Of a stretch of DNA of 64,000 bases, positions 49,739 through 63,484 are shown in pieces. This DNA comes from Geosiphon pyriformis uo1. Its lineage: Eukaryota; Fungi; Glomeromycota. Every line of letters starts with the position of its first letter. Position 1 is the stretch's first letter. The stretch is from positions 248,001-312,000 of the forward strand of contig JAAOMT010000572.1 of the NCBI GenBank assembly GCA_016748015.1, read 5' to 3'. Made by a program: the position numbers and the translations under genes. The notes under the pieces were generated by a model. It ran no database searches. It had not been told where the DNA came from and saw only the letters and a list, made by a program, of their open reading frames with translations.

Positions 49739-51476
49739 ACTGAGACTTTTGGCCTTCCAAGATGCTAAAATTCAAAAGAATTTAATGGGAGATCAAATGT
49801 AGCAGCAATCGATCAAAAAAATACAATGATCCCATTGAAGAACTCCTCGTATGAAATCCGAAAAGTGTCTTAATATTGAGGTTTCGGACTTTGGCGATAA
49901 TCCAGTCACATTATATCACCAACTTTTTAAGATTTAGTAATCAAACGTAGCTAAGTCTTCTCAAATTGTCAGTGGTAATGATTCTTTTCAAAGCGAAATA
50001 TTGCAAACTTAGGAGTTCTTTAAAAATGGGGATTTTACATTAAATGATCACAAATTAAGTGTATTAGAAATTCTGAACTTAAGTTCATCGCAAATATAAG
50101 GTATTTAAATGATCAAAATCCACCAGCTATTATAGCGGTAAAGTTGGAGAATTTTGAGATTTCAATGCACTCGAAGCATTATAGTTTTAATAGAATCAAA
50201 AATAGTATATTGATCAGAACAGCTAGATTGGGCAGATTACATGAGAGATCTGTTAAAACAAACTTTTCTAATGTGAAATTCCAAGTTTAAAGCCTCCATG
50301 AATTTGTCTTTTTACAGATATATTTAAAACCTAAAATTAAAAATATTGTAAGTTCGATTTAACTTAAATTTTTGATTAGAACCATATTTTGAAATGATAT
50401 ATTAAAACTGGAAAAGATAAAACATTGGAAAAACGTTACTTTTGATTTTAAACATCAAAAATGAAATAAAAGATAATTTTTCTCAGAAGAAAATATCAAT
50501 ACGCTTTATAACTTTATTTAAATTACAATAACAAAATGCATGTTTTGGAAAAAATGAGAAATAAATATATCTTTGTTATTTCTGTTATAAATTGTATTGA
50601 AAGATTAATATTAAACCTTAAAAAGGTTTAGACAATTTGATGAAATTTCGTTTATTTGAAATATATAAAACAAAAAATGGACAGACGAAATTAAAATTTA
50701 TGCCAAAAATTATCTTATTTAATATAAAGATCATATTAATTCGATTATTTATTGAGTTTTTTTTTGAAAATTAAAATCAAATCATTTTTATTGTTAACGT
50801 CAAATCTCCAAATATTTTAATGTTTTAATTTAAAAAGTAAGTGGGTCAAACAAAATCATTTTGATAACACTTGGAATATTTTTTATCAGATTCGAGAATG
50901 GGACATTAAATATTTATAATGTTTTTTGCAGCAATTCACACTGCAGGTTTATCTGAAACCTGAATGTTTACAAATTCGAAAATTGAAACCTTCGTCTTGT
51001 TTCAAGAATTTTTAGATGTAACTCACGATACTGTTTAAATTAAAATTCCGTGACTTTCAATTTTATAGCACATTTTAAAATTTCAAAGACCCTATAATGA
51101 GAAACTTTCATCCACATACCATATATACTGAGCAAAGAATTTGAGAAACAAAAGAACCTTTCAGATCCATCATCTCTATTTCCCACATCTATATTTTATA
51201 AATTATTTCCAATTAAAAAGAAATATTTTATAAATTTCAAAGTATCTTTTTATTTGCTAGTTTCCAAATTATAAACTAACTATTTTCATCTAAATATTTT
51301 TAACCAAAATTAAATCTATTACACCACCTTTGGAATAGACTCTTCCGTTTTTGATAAATTGCTTTGTTTTTTTCTCATTTTTGAGCTCTTTCTAAAAAAT
51401 TTGCAAATTAAATTTTAAAATAAAAATACTCTAACTTAACCTCCTTGAAAAATTAGCTTTTTTAAATTTCTCATGT

Positions 51477-52341
51477 TTAACTTAGAAATTGAAAAGAAAT
51501 TGCAATTATCATTCCAAAAACAGATGCCAAAAAAAGATGAATCCATTCTTTGGTAATTTTAGGATCCTGAATATTCTTCATGCCATTATTTTCATTATTT
51601 TTCTTATTTGTCATTGTAGTGGTTTGTTTAGGAATTAACTCTATTTTTCTTGGTGTCTCAACTGACAAGATTTTTACTCGTGTTGAATTGCTTATCGAAG
51701 TTTTCTGCTTTCTATCTGAAAAATTATTCAGCTTTAGGTCAACTTGCACTTTAATTTCCCAACTATGCGGGTTCGTGATTGCTAGACAAATGGCTTGCTC
51801 CTGAAACTCAAATTTGTATTGACATTTTTGGTTTGTTAAATAATAATAGCACGAGTATCGAGTATAAAAATTATAATGAGCTCCATTTAAGTAGTTGTAT
51901 ACTTCATCTGGGTTCAATAATAATGAAATAAATCCGTTGATGTATTTTCCCTTGTTATGATATTTTGGGCCTTTGGAAAATGTACCCGTTAGGTTTCCTG
52001 GATTTGAGAAACCTTTTTCTAATATTTGATAATCTGAAATGGTTTCAAAGATATTTAATTAGTTTGATTCAAGGTAAAATATGTAGAACGTCTTTTTCAC
52101 TTGATGTACCTATGAAATCTGCTTTGTATCTGTTGCATTGGTACCATGTTAAATGACCTGGTATGGATATACTTCCTGAGAAATATTCTAAAGATTCTAT
52201 TTTTACCTATTAATAAATATTTCTGGTCAGGCTCAAGTCTTGAAACCTGAAATTCAAGCAAAAGACTTTTTAAAATTTTACCTGTGTGAAAATCAAGAAT
52301 CCTAAAAGAATTCTAAATAATAAGTATTTTCTTTGTTTCAT
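51477..52341 (-). pseudogene. Unknown signal-peptide/C-terminal-TM protein, apparently frameshifted
   Basis: Exon 1 MKQRKYLLFRILLGFLIFTQ|GT. Downstream pieces lie in different frames with stops. The 3' ORF ends in the hydrophobic WIHLFLASVFGMIIAISFQFLS. Confidence 0.45.
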
Positions 52342-55039
52342 TAATAAAATTCTCTTTAAAGAAATGAATCAATATTGCTCCCAAATTTACACAATACAAA
52401 ATTCTTTAACGAATTTATATATAACATAAAATAATCGCAAATATTTTTTGCCGGGTATTCCCATCACCGATATCATCTCACTTGGTGGTACTCATTTCGG
52501 GGGATTATTGAATGTAACATTGAATAATATTCTCCTATTTGGGGTTTCACGTTCACCAATTGCCATAGATATTGGCGATATAATTTTTGATTTGTTGAAA
52601 ATTTGACGGAATTTTGAATTTCATTATGTTCCGAAGTATGTTTGTGCCGCAAACCTTTTTCAAGCGTCATAAGAGCAAAAAAAAAGTTCCAAAAGCTTGA
52701 TCGTTGATTAAGCGAACGAAAACTATTCAAATTGAGCTGCCATTCGTATATTAGTTTTTGGGTTATTCTTTGGAAATTGTTAAAATAACCTGTATTTAAT
52801 CATTTAAAAATATTTTTCATGCAACTTTACTATTTTCTCTCATTTTACAAAGTCATAAGAAACCTATGAATGAGTTTAGCAAAAAATGTATTCATAAAAG
52901 TGGTAAAAATCTTAATTATGACGACGTGAGAAAATTTTTTTAAAATTCTAACTGTTGCTTTTGGTATTCTTGACAAATTTGGGTGTTAATTTTGGTAGGG
53001 GGAATGACTCGGATGAGGTTTACTATTTAGTATAGACCATGGTATGTTTTCTTTTACTAATAAAAAGATATTTCCTCAATAAAGGATGAATACACCTGAC
53101 TAATTTTAAAATTGAGATTTTCGTTCGCTATTAACCAAATATAATTGATTGCTGGCATATATGGTTCATTGTGAAAAGAGAACATGAAACGGAATTATAT
53201 ATCTGCAAAATAATTGATTGGAATATGAATTTTCCCTTTTTGAAATTGTTTGGTTCGTTAGGTCATCACTCAGTCAAAGCCTTAAAGCTCAAAGCGAGGT
53301 TTTACATTGAACCAAAAATACGTTAATCTTGAACACTGTCTGGCTCGCACACACATTTGCCATAGAAGAGTCCACGGAATATTCAATGTGCAAGAATTTA
53401 TATGTTCATAAAATTTTGTGAGATAAGGAATACGGTTTGACGTATGACCAATTATTTATGGTTAGTTGAAAGATTATGGGATCAGTCCATTATTGTTGAT
53501 AATCCTAATGATAAAGAAAAAAAAATTGCTGTCAAAAGTAAAAAAACTTTTAGCAGTCAAAATGTCTTTATTTACTTAGCAAAAGCAATTAAAACTAAAT
53601 AATAAAAGAAAATAACACAATATATGCTATTAATGTTTTATTAATCCAAAAAATGTGTTAAATAAAACATAAATAAAAAAAAGGATTGACTAATTATTTT
53701 AAAGACTTTTTAAAATGCAAATTTTAATTTTATTGAAAATTTGTAACTTATAACATAGCATAAAAAAAAATTTAAAAAAACTTGACAAATGTGTTAAAAA
53801 AACATGAAAAGCAAAAATTTTTAGATTAAGAATTAGTAAGATGGCGAAGGAGAATATTTCAAGCATCATTGATATACTTACTGAGCTCTGTTTCGTATCA
53901 GGGGCTGCGAAACACTTTGGATCTACCCAGATTGTGGTTGATATAGTCGCAGAATCCACAAGTTTTGCTTGCAGATAATTATTTGATGTTGTAAATGTTC
54001 ATGTACCTTGTGAAATAGATGTTGGCAAAAGCAAAAATGGAATCATATATACATTACTTGAGCAGTCTTGAAACCAATGTGTTGTTTACAATTAATAATT
54101 TTTTGAACGTGAAATTTGGATAATATTATTATATAATGGCAATTACTCACAAAACAATGCATTTTTTCATAAAATTATAATATAAAACCATAAAAGTTCT
54201 TTAATATTTGCATTGTTTTTTCATGAATAATATCATATTTAATTTAAATATTATTATATATAGAACAAAATTAACAATTTAAAAAATATTACTTTATTAT
54301 TATTATTATTTAATAACTATTCACTTGGATCAAAAAGAATTAATTAAAAACTAAATAAATTAATATAAATAATACACAAAATAAAAAATCAAAATATTTA
54401 GCCCATATTTCAAGTAGTTTAAGTATACAATAGTTATAATTCATCAAGATAATTTATAATAAACAACTATTATATTGAAAAAAAAAATTTTTATTTAATT
54501 TTATGAATAAATAAATATTTTATTATAAGACTTTCTTAATATTTAAAATACAAAAAGTGATTAAGAGGATTTTATTTAATCAATAAAATTTATTTTTTAT
54601 TATGATAATTAATATTAAAAATCTAATTGATTATTGAAATTTTTAAGATATATTATCAATTAACTTTATAAAAACGAGTCAGTTTAGGCTATTGCGAAAG
54701 CCTAGGTATTTGAAGTTTTGTTAAGAATGATAGGCGTAGTTTGATTTTACACTGACCCACCAAGATGAAATTACTAGAAAATCCTATGGAAATTTATTGG
54801 TTTAGAAACTTTTAACAATTGGGGCTATTAATTGACAATAAAAATATTTTTCTCATCATAAAGTTTCCTGAGACGAAAAGATAATCATTGCTTTTTGGGA
54901 AATTTAACAGTTTTTAGGAAAGTATCCATCTTATTTCCTATTTAGAACTTTAATCAATCATGATTCTAAAGTTGTCACCTTACCAAAACTCTAAAAATAT
55001 GAGGATAAAATTGACACTGTTTACTTTTGGGGTGACCAA

Positions 55040-55210
55040 ATTATCCAATCATTTTTGATCTAATAGTATGCATAATTAAGGGTAAATATGACGTCAGATC
55101 GCATTGTTCAAAGGTTTGATTTGAATTATTTAATCAATTCTCGAAAACTCTAGCATGATGTAGCATTTTTTAAGTTTATTTGATGGAAGAAAGGCGACTC
55201 TTATAAATAC
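55040..55210 (+). promoter_or_regulatory. Hsp20 promoter: CCAAT, CRE (TGACGTCA 55089-55096), heat-shock element (TTCtcGAAaacTC 55138-55150), TATA (~55202)
   Basis: The motifs are visible in sensible order upstream of a small heat-shock gene. Confidence 0.6.
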
Positions 55211-55315
55211 ATCCACTGAACCTCCTACTTTCTCAAACTTTAATCAAGAAAGAAAGAAAAACCTCAATCAACGAGAAGTTAGACTTTCAACAATCTTAAT
55301 TCCTTAATTAAAGAA

Positions 55316-55850
55316 ATGTCACTCTACCTCACTACTAGTCCCGATCTCCTTCGATTTGAAAATCAAATGAGTAGGATCTTTGACAATTTCTTTAGTGACC
55401 TGAGTACGGCAAGACGCGATCGTCGTGGTGATAACTTAAAATGGGTACCTCTTATTGACCTCTATGAAACTGAGAAGGAATATGTAGTGAACGCTGAGCT
55501 ACCTGTAAGTTGGAATTTAAATTAGCGCAGGACTTTTTATTTTGATTATTTGCTTCTAGTAATTCACTTTTATCTTTGTTAATTTCTCCAAATAGGGTAT
55601 TCCTAAGGACAAAGTGTCTGTTGAAGTTAATGAAAATGTTCTCAACATCTCGGGGAAGGTTGAACAAGACAAGACTTCTAAAGAAGGAAACACACATATT
55701 CAAGAATGTCATTATGGTAGTTATTCACGTTCAATCCCCTTGCCATCGAATGCTAAATCAGACGAAATCGCTGCGAAATATGAGAATGGTATCTTGGAAA
55801 TCAAAATTCCAAAGGCAGAAAATGTTGGCAAGAAAATTAGTGTCCAATGA
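55316..55850 (+). CDS. Small heat shock protein (Hsp20/alpha-crystallin); intron 55505-55595
   Basis: WVPLIDLYETEKEYVVNAELP|GIPKDKVSVEVNENVLNISG...YGSYSRSIPLP...AKYENGILEIKIPK. Confidence 0.95.
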
Positions 55851-56632
55851 AAAGAAAGCTTCAAATTATGATAAATCTTGATGATAATTAGTTAGTGATT
55901 CTCTTTAAATCTGGAAATTTCTAGCAATAACTAGCTTGAGTTTTGTTAGTTTTTGAAGAGATCATATTTTGTTCTAGTGCCAATGCTATTCAAGTTGTTT
56001 TTTAAAAACTCCTGTAAACATATTCTTTTTGAATAAACCATTTTTGCCAAAATTCAGATTTTAAAATAATTTGATGATTATTAACCATAAGAGAGGCATT
56101 GTTTGCGAGCGACGAGTAGGGATATTAGCTCAACTTGATATTTTTACATTTTATTTTATGGTTCGGGAAATCTGTATCAGTAGTTATGATTAGATTATTA
56201 AGAGCTGCAGTTGCTAAATACCAGTCATAATGCTTGACAAGGTAAATTGATTGAAATTGGGGTGAATATTCAAAGTCTATAAGTTGATAGTTGGTCAGAT
56301 CAAACTGGTGTAAAGATGTCAGAAGTTGAAATATGACGGTGTTGGGGATTCATGATGAAATCTATAAAGTTACAAAAGTTAGTAATAGCTAATGCTTACT
56401 TGGACTGAGTATTTACAAGAGGGTAAGGATCTGGATTTTATACTATGGTGAAGCATATCCACATCTTTCTCTTCAGTCTTTCCAAAAGATTCCAAACCCT
56501 CCATTTTTTACTGAGAATCACCATTTCGTAATCTCGTAAAATCGAACAAGAAAACTGGAATTTTAGATCTTGGGCAAAGTAATTACGGTGGATAATCAAT
56601 TAATTAGTGTCAAAACTCGTCCCAATTTAGAA

Positions 56633-56682
56633 TGGGGGGGGGGGGGGGGGGGGNNNNNNNNNNNNNNNNNNNNGGGGGGGGG
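56633..56682. other. Poly(G) run containing a 20-N assembly gap
   Basis: Direct reading of the sequence. Confidence 0.9.
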
Positions 56683-56918
56683 TGGATGATGAACGTTATA
56701 CTAATCAAAGTTTTTCATGAAATTTCAGAGCTTTAATTTTTCGCTTTTTATGATTTGATCAGCATAACTTGTTGAAGACCCTCGTGATTTCCTCGTGTTC
56801 CCTACCACATGGCCTATAACTGCTTCAATTGGGAGAATTAAAAATTTCAAACAAATAAACCTATGGTCAAATAAAAACACGCTTAATTAAAACACTCATT
56901 CAATCCCCCCAATTCATC

Positions 56919-58023
56919 ATGACGCAAATCTGGAGCAACTTTCTCTTAAACTTCTACACCACCAACAATCTCGACAATATAACAACTGCCGATCTACCAG
57001 AATCAATAATCCTAAATTATGAGACATCAAGAGCGCTAGCGGAAGAATTATTAGAAATTTTTAATAAAGGAAATAGTCGATGGCAATATGATGAAGTTAT
57101 TTTGGTAGATGTGAAAAAATGGTTGGATACTAATAATCATTGTCCTGAGACGGTCTTCTTGTCGGTTTATAATGAACGTGAGCGGATCGAGTTTGCGTGT
57201 TTGTTGGCTTTTATGTACTTATATGGAGGTGGGAGGAGGGTATTTCACGTTTATTTGGAATCAAGGGTTTGTTGAATATGGTATTTGAAAGATCAATAAA
57301 TTATTTTTCAATGTAGTTGGAACAACACCGAATAATATATCAGCATTTACTTGGTATAAAACCGCTGCAGAAGCTGGTGATTTATTGGGACAAAATGAAC
57401 TTGGAAGTTGTCTAAAAATGGGTAAATTAAAAATATGGAGGAAGTTGTTCTATATTGCATCTTCAATAATAAGATTCAGCATCGAAATAAATTTACTCAT
57501 TTTTCAGGTGCAGGCACAAAACAAGACGACCAACAGGCATTTCATTGGTACTTGAAATCGGCAACCGGTGGATTTCCTGTGGCTCAATATAAAATCGGAT
57601 GGGCATATTTCAATGGAAGAGGCACTGAAAGAGATCTCAATTTGGCATTTTACTGGTTTAACATCAGTGCTCGAGCTGGATTCGGTGACGCTCATGATCA
57701 TCTTGCATTTTGTTATCAAACTGGGTATGTACCTCTTTTATTATTTCCAGATTTTTGCTAAATTCTTGGCCAAATTCATTAATTCTTGAAATGTTAGCAG
57801 AAAAGGTGTAAAAAAAAATTTGAGGAAAGCAATATACTGGTACCAAAAAGCATCAGATTCTGGGAATTCAAGTTCAAGCAAAAAGTTGGCGCGATATTAT
57901 AAGTATGGGTATGGAGTTCCTCGGGATATGCACATGGCCATTAGAAACTATATCAGGGCGGAGCCTTCAGATAGCCTTATCGCGCGGTTTGATTTAAGGA
58001 AATTCTTTTGGAATGTTACCTAA
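56919..58023 (+). CDS. Sel1-repeat protein; 4 exons
   Basis: N-terminal cap LAEELLEIFN...WL; AFTWYKTAAEAGD; AFHWYLKSATGGFPVAQYKIG; KAIYWYQKASDSG. Predicted introns ~57230-57316, ~57423-57508 and ~57726-57800. Confidence 0.85.
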
Positions 58024-58841
58024 GGCCTTCGTGGCAATTTTTATTTCAGTCTGGAAATTTGATTTGGCAGAATAAGCTTTGTTTCTTGGATGGAAGTTGT
58101 ATTGCGAGACAAAAGAAGCTACCATCTATAATGAAAAGATATACGAAACTTGACGACCCCAAATGCGGATTTCGGACTTGCCTCAGATTAATCAGTACTA
58201 GTCTCATTAATTCTCATCAATCCTTTTTCACTAACATTTTATCCTCTAATGATACTTGTAATTAAATTGAAGACAATTAAGTTGTGCTAATATTTTTTAA
58301 CGAACACAAAAATTAGCATGGAAATGTGTCTAAGAAATAGGATAATAACACGATATTTTGTTATTGGAAAATTTCAGGCAAAATTCTGTATAAGTATGAA
58401 TGAATATTTTTAATTCTTTTCCCAAATTCAACTTCAATTAAGTTTCTTACAATTTTTCTTAAGAATATTTGAATTAGGCCGAATAGTAAATGACAAAGTT
58501 TTTTGCTTTTTTCAATTTATTTGACAAAAATCTCGGATGGAGTTTCATATAAGTACACCGGCAAAAAGCTTTAATGACTGGTATTGATATAATTAAGGGA
58601 AGTATAAAGGTAAACACAAATTTATATACAATTCAGGACTTTGAACAATTGAAATTGTGGAACTTGGGAGCATAAAGTGGAGATTTTAGACTCAAGTTAT
58701 GACTATATTTACAGGTATCAAGTCTTGAGAAAGTTTGGCTACTTTGCTAACGATATTGTTTTAAGTATGGATTTCAAACATCCTGAATAACTGTAGAAGC
58801 TATACAAACAGTTGAAAATTTTTAGGTACATGAACTCTTTT

Positions 58842-59956
58842 TTAGAGTAATAATCTCAATTCATGTTGGGCCATATTGTCGCCATTTTTTATTGCCTTTC
58901 GATACCAACGTATAGCCTCATGAACATCCTGCTTAGTGCCTTGACCACATTTCAGCGAATGAGCAGCATTGCACTGCCCTAGCTCACTCCCATTGTAAGC
59001 TGCCTTCATGTGCCAATAAAACCCTCGGATCATATGTTTTCTAGTTCCGAAACCGTATAGGTAACAATTCCCAAGTTCATTCTGTGCTGCACTATTTCCA
59101 TTCATTGCTGCCAGCGTGTATAGGTACACCGCAAAACGTTGATCTTTCAATATTCCAATGCCCCGTTGATAACAATAAGCGAGTTTGGCTTGTGCTTGGG
59201 CGTTCCCAGAGTTCGCGGCTTTTTGATACCAGAAAAGAGCTTTTTGTACATCGACTACTGTGCCTCTTCCATATCGATAAGAATATCCTACATAACTTTG
59301 CGCTGCGCTAAATCCACCTGCAGCTGCTTTTAAAAAACAATAAAATGCCTTTCGTTGACTTTTTACTGTGCCAATTCCATGATAGTAGCATTTTCCGAGA
59401 TTGAATAGGGCCGCAAGAGTTCCACCTTTGGCCGATTGTTTGTACCAAAAAAAGGCTTTAGTTTCGTCACGTTTTGTGCCTGTGCCGACTTGGTAGCAGC
59501 TAGCAAGGCGGTTCTGACCAGTCAGGTCCCCATTAACGGCTGCTAAGTAATCCCATTGAAATGCTTGTTCAGCATCTTGATTTGTTCCAATTCCTGAATT
59601 TACAAAGTCGGTTAATAGAAATTTAGAATAGAACCCACTATTTCTCGCAAATTTAAGGAAATAAACTCACCCCATCGATACAAAAATCCAAGCATGGCAG
59701 CATACTTCACCCGATGCCTTTCATTATGAACAACCCAAAAAATGTATGTAGCCTCATACTCATTATGAAGGATCCATCGCGTGATCACAGTCATTATTGT
59801 TTTATCATCTTTCAACTGACGATTGCAACTAGTGAATACTGTTAAAAGTTCTCGAAGAAGATGCTTTTCAGCATTTAATTTTCGGTCAAAGTTTAATTTG
59901 CATTTCAGAATCTTGATCGCATTCACAGCAGCTGGTTTGTTAAAAAAATTGCCCAT
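58842..59956 (-). CDS. Sel1-repeat protein (about 7 repeats); intron ~59595-59670
   Basis: Exon 1 MGNFFNK...LGFLYRW G|. Exon 2 is open from GIGTNQDAEQAFQW through KQDVHEAIRWYRKAIKNGD. Confidence 0.88.
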
Positions 59957-60504
59957 TCTCCCGGGTTTTAAAGGTTTATCTTGTTAAGTTGAGCAAAAAG
60001 CAATAGATGAGACTGAAAATTTTGGTTATTTATTCGTTTCATCAGACGTGCCTAAAGAATTCTAATATTTTATTTCTTAATTGATAATTTGGAGACTAGC
60101 CCAACCATTCAGAGCTGAAAACGGCAAAATGTGCGCGGTTGAAAACATGCTTTAATTGCGACACCAAAATTTTGGGATTTGCAACAGAAAATAATATTTC
60201 ACCTTATTTAGACTTTTAATTTGTCGAGCTTATATTTGTTTGTGTTATCATTTAATATCGCAATTAGCAATGAGGCAAATATTTTGAACATTTGGGTACC
60301 AAAAATGTCAAACTCCTTTGAGTTTGTAAAAAGCTAACTATTAATGGGTTGCGAATGTTGATGTTTAGATTGCGAAACTTTAGAATGTGTGTTGAATGGA
60401 AAAACTTTCAAAGGACATTGGTCAATGCGTATTGCCCTCATTCACAGGTTTTAGATCTTGAATTAGCTGAAAATGGATATGAAATTCCAATAACTCCTAA
60501 ATAA

Positions 60505-60506
<2 letters not shown>

Positions 60507-60548
<42 letters not shown>

Positions 60549-60571
60549 TTATTCTTATTCTTATTCTTATT
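60507..60571. repeat. (ATT)n followed by (CTTATT)n
   Basis: Direct reading of the sequence. Confidence 0.9.
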
Positions 60572-63484
60572 CCTACTATTATTAACATCAGCCATTTTTT
60601 TCTCTATTGGGAAATATATTTGTAAATTCATAGCAGATAAATTTTTTCATATTTCATTGAAATTAGGACAAGTTGGATTTTCGAAATTAGACCAATATAT
60701 AGATTCAGTTTAATTAGCTAAATTATTTAATTTTAGTTTTTTCATGTATAAGAATATCTTAATATATACTAAATAGAATTTAAACTTGAATTTGTAACCA
60801 ATTTATATTAGCAAATATTTTTTAAAGAAATAAGTTTTAAAATACAAAAATTTAAAATAAAATTATTATTTAATTTATGTTCAGTCTTTTGTAAAAGATA
60901 AGGTGTTCAAATTTAGCAAATTAAGATTATGCAAAAAAATAAAAGAGTATAAATAATTTTAAAAAATATCAAGTGCTGACGTTGAAGGCTAATGTATCAA
61001 GATGCCAAGGAAGTTTCTCGGAAAAACATTAAACTTTATTTTTAGTTTGTCTTACCTCTCAAAGTCTTAATTCACAATTTCTCACCGCCTGTTTTGACCA
61101 AATACCGTGCCCATCTATTGCGGGTTTCTGATGAAACCGGCTTTAGAAGAAAAAATAAAAGATATTGAAGCTATAGAAAACATATTGACCGAGATCAAAC
61201 GTGAGCTTCAGGTAGGCATATCCGAGAATTCGCGAAAGAGTATGATGATAATCGCATCGAAAAGGAAATACAAAAATTATTGAGTTAATTCTTTGATTTT
61301 TTTATCGATATTAATTTATTTTGATTTGAGCCTACCACGTAAAATTTTTGTTTATCAATAAAATACTTATTTGCCACCCCCTTTGTCATCACCCACCGTC
61401 GCTGTTTATCGATTTTTACCCTAAAAAGGTAAGTATAAAAGCATTTACATTTTTTGTTCGCTTTATTATTCTTGATTTTCTCTCTTTCTCTCCTTATATT
61501 TCCCATTCTGTCTTTCTTTTGTTATTTTTGTCACTGTATTTATCATCGTCACTGTTTTCATTATCATCACCTTTTGTCACCATCCTCTTTTCAATTACTG
61601 TCTTGATTAATACAATTTGGATTATAAAAGTTAACCTTTTATTTTTCCAAGCCAGTTTCTAAAATTTTAATCCTAACATCTTTGAGAAAGGTTACTTTTA
61701 TGCACATGTCTTTAATGCCAAACAAAAAAAGGATTTTAAACAACAAAAACAGCTCCTTAAGGTTTTATTGAAACAAGCAAGTTGCAGAATGGTCTTAGAA
61801 ATTGTGGTTACTTATTATGACTGTTTTTGCCACTTTACTTTTAACATGTTTTTTCTTTTCATTCTGCAAAACTTGTGGTTTTTTCTAACAAGTTAATCTT
61901 TAATGAACAAGAAACTGGCCAAGAATATTTTTGTTATTAACATTGTCTTTATTTGCAGAATGTAAAGATAACAAGCAGCAAAATACAAAAGGAAGCATTA
62001 AATTCAAAAAGTGCAACAAAAACTAAAACATAGAAACTGTTTTCAGAAGCAATTTTGGCAGTAATAAATAGAATTGGTTGGATTTGTTTTTAATACAATG
62101 GTGAAATAAAGAAAGAAATATTAAATTAAAAAAAATGGTATTACAAAAAAAAGTATAAACAAAAGTTTTGTAGAGCTGTTATTGATTTTGGCATTTATAC
62201 ATTTTTACATAGAATTTTTTATTAAAAAATAAGCAAAATTATAAAAAATTATTTAATAAAGTCTTGATTCTTTTTTGGAGTTTATACAAAAAATAGTTAT
62301 TTTATATTATTAATATGGTATAATCAATTTAAAACTTTTAAACTCAATAATTTAAAAGACAACTTGTAAAATAATGGCTGAAAAAGCCAATTTATTTTAG
62401 CTTTATCTTATTTTTAATGATTAATTTATATTAAAAAGGCCTATATAATTAAAACTTATTAAGTAATATCTATTTATAAAAATACTTAATTTATATAAAA
62501 TACAAAGTTGTAATAATAAATATGTGTACTTGTACATTTTTTGTTATTTTATTTTTTCTCAGACTAATTTTTTATCAAAATATATAAGTTTTATTACAGT
62601 TATAATTAGTTAAGAATTTTGTAAAAGAAATTTTCAAAATGAGTGACAAATTATTTTTATTTTTATTACTCTAATCTTAAATTAATAAAATTATATTTAT
62701 AATTTAGATATGCTTATATTAAATTGAATTTACGTATTTAATAACTTATCTAAATCTTGTTCATGTTATTTATTTTAATCTTCATTTGATTCAATTTGTT
62801 TTATATAATAAAAATGTGTTATCATAATTTATATTTTTTGATTATATTAGTTAATTTTTTATATTATTTATTATATTTAATAATTTGCAAAACTATCTGA
62901 CTTTTAATACTTTTTAAGTTTAAATTAATCAGATTTTTTGCTTAAAAAATGTAATAATTAACACAATAATTAAAAGAAACTTGTTATTGGTTGTTTTATA
63001 CGATAAAATTACAAGAAATAAAAAAATTTCAGGTTTTATTTGAACAAGATAATTTACAAAACAAAAATTAATTTAACATATTTATTTATTTTTAGAATTT
63101 TGCGTTTGGTTGTTAGATTTTTGGAGTCAATATAAATAAAATTTGATTGAATTTATGCATTATTATTTGAATAAAAATAAATTTTAATTTTTTTATTTAA
63201 TTTGCAATAAAAAAGTATTTTATAACATTAAAAAAGAACTATTTTGTGTCAGTAAAAATGTACATTTTTCTCTCTAATAATATTAGTGGACTGTGGAAAA
63301 TATGATCCATTTAGCTGATATACAATTGCCCTTAGCTGAAATTTTTATCGGAGGTTTATAAAATCTACATTTTCGCACTAAATTCCCAATTTAGTTTGAG
63401 AGGTAATTGCTTATGAACTGAGGTCTTGAAGATTACAATTGATGCCAAAGATTTATTCTTCACGTTGGGCAGGGCTCAATAACA

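Noticed and set aside
52473-54090. Short ORFs and coding-like fragments
   Set aside because: They contain stops, lack ATG starts and match no family I can recognise.
60960-62200. Degenerate coding or TE-like fragments
   Set aside because: They are too decayed to assign, and no termini or domain motifs were identified.
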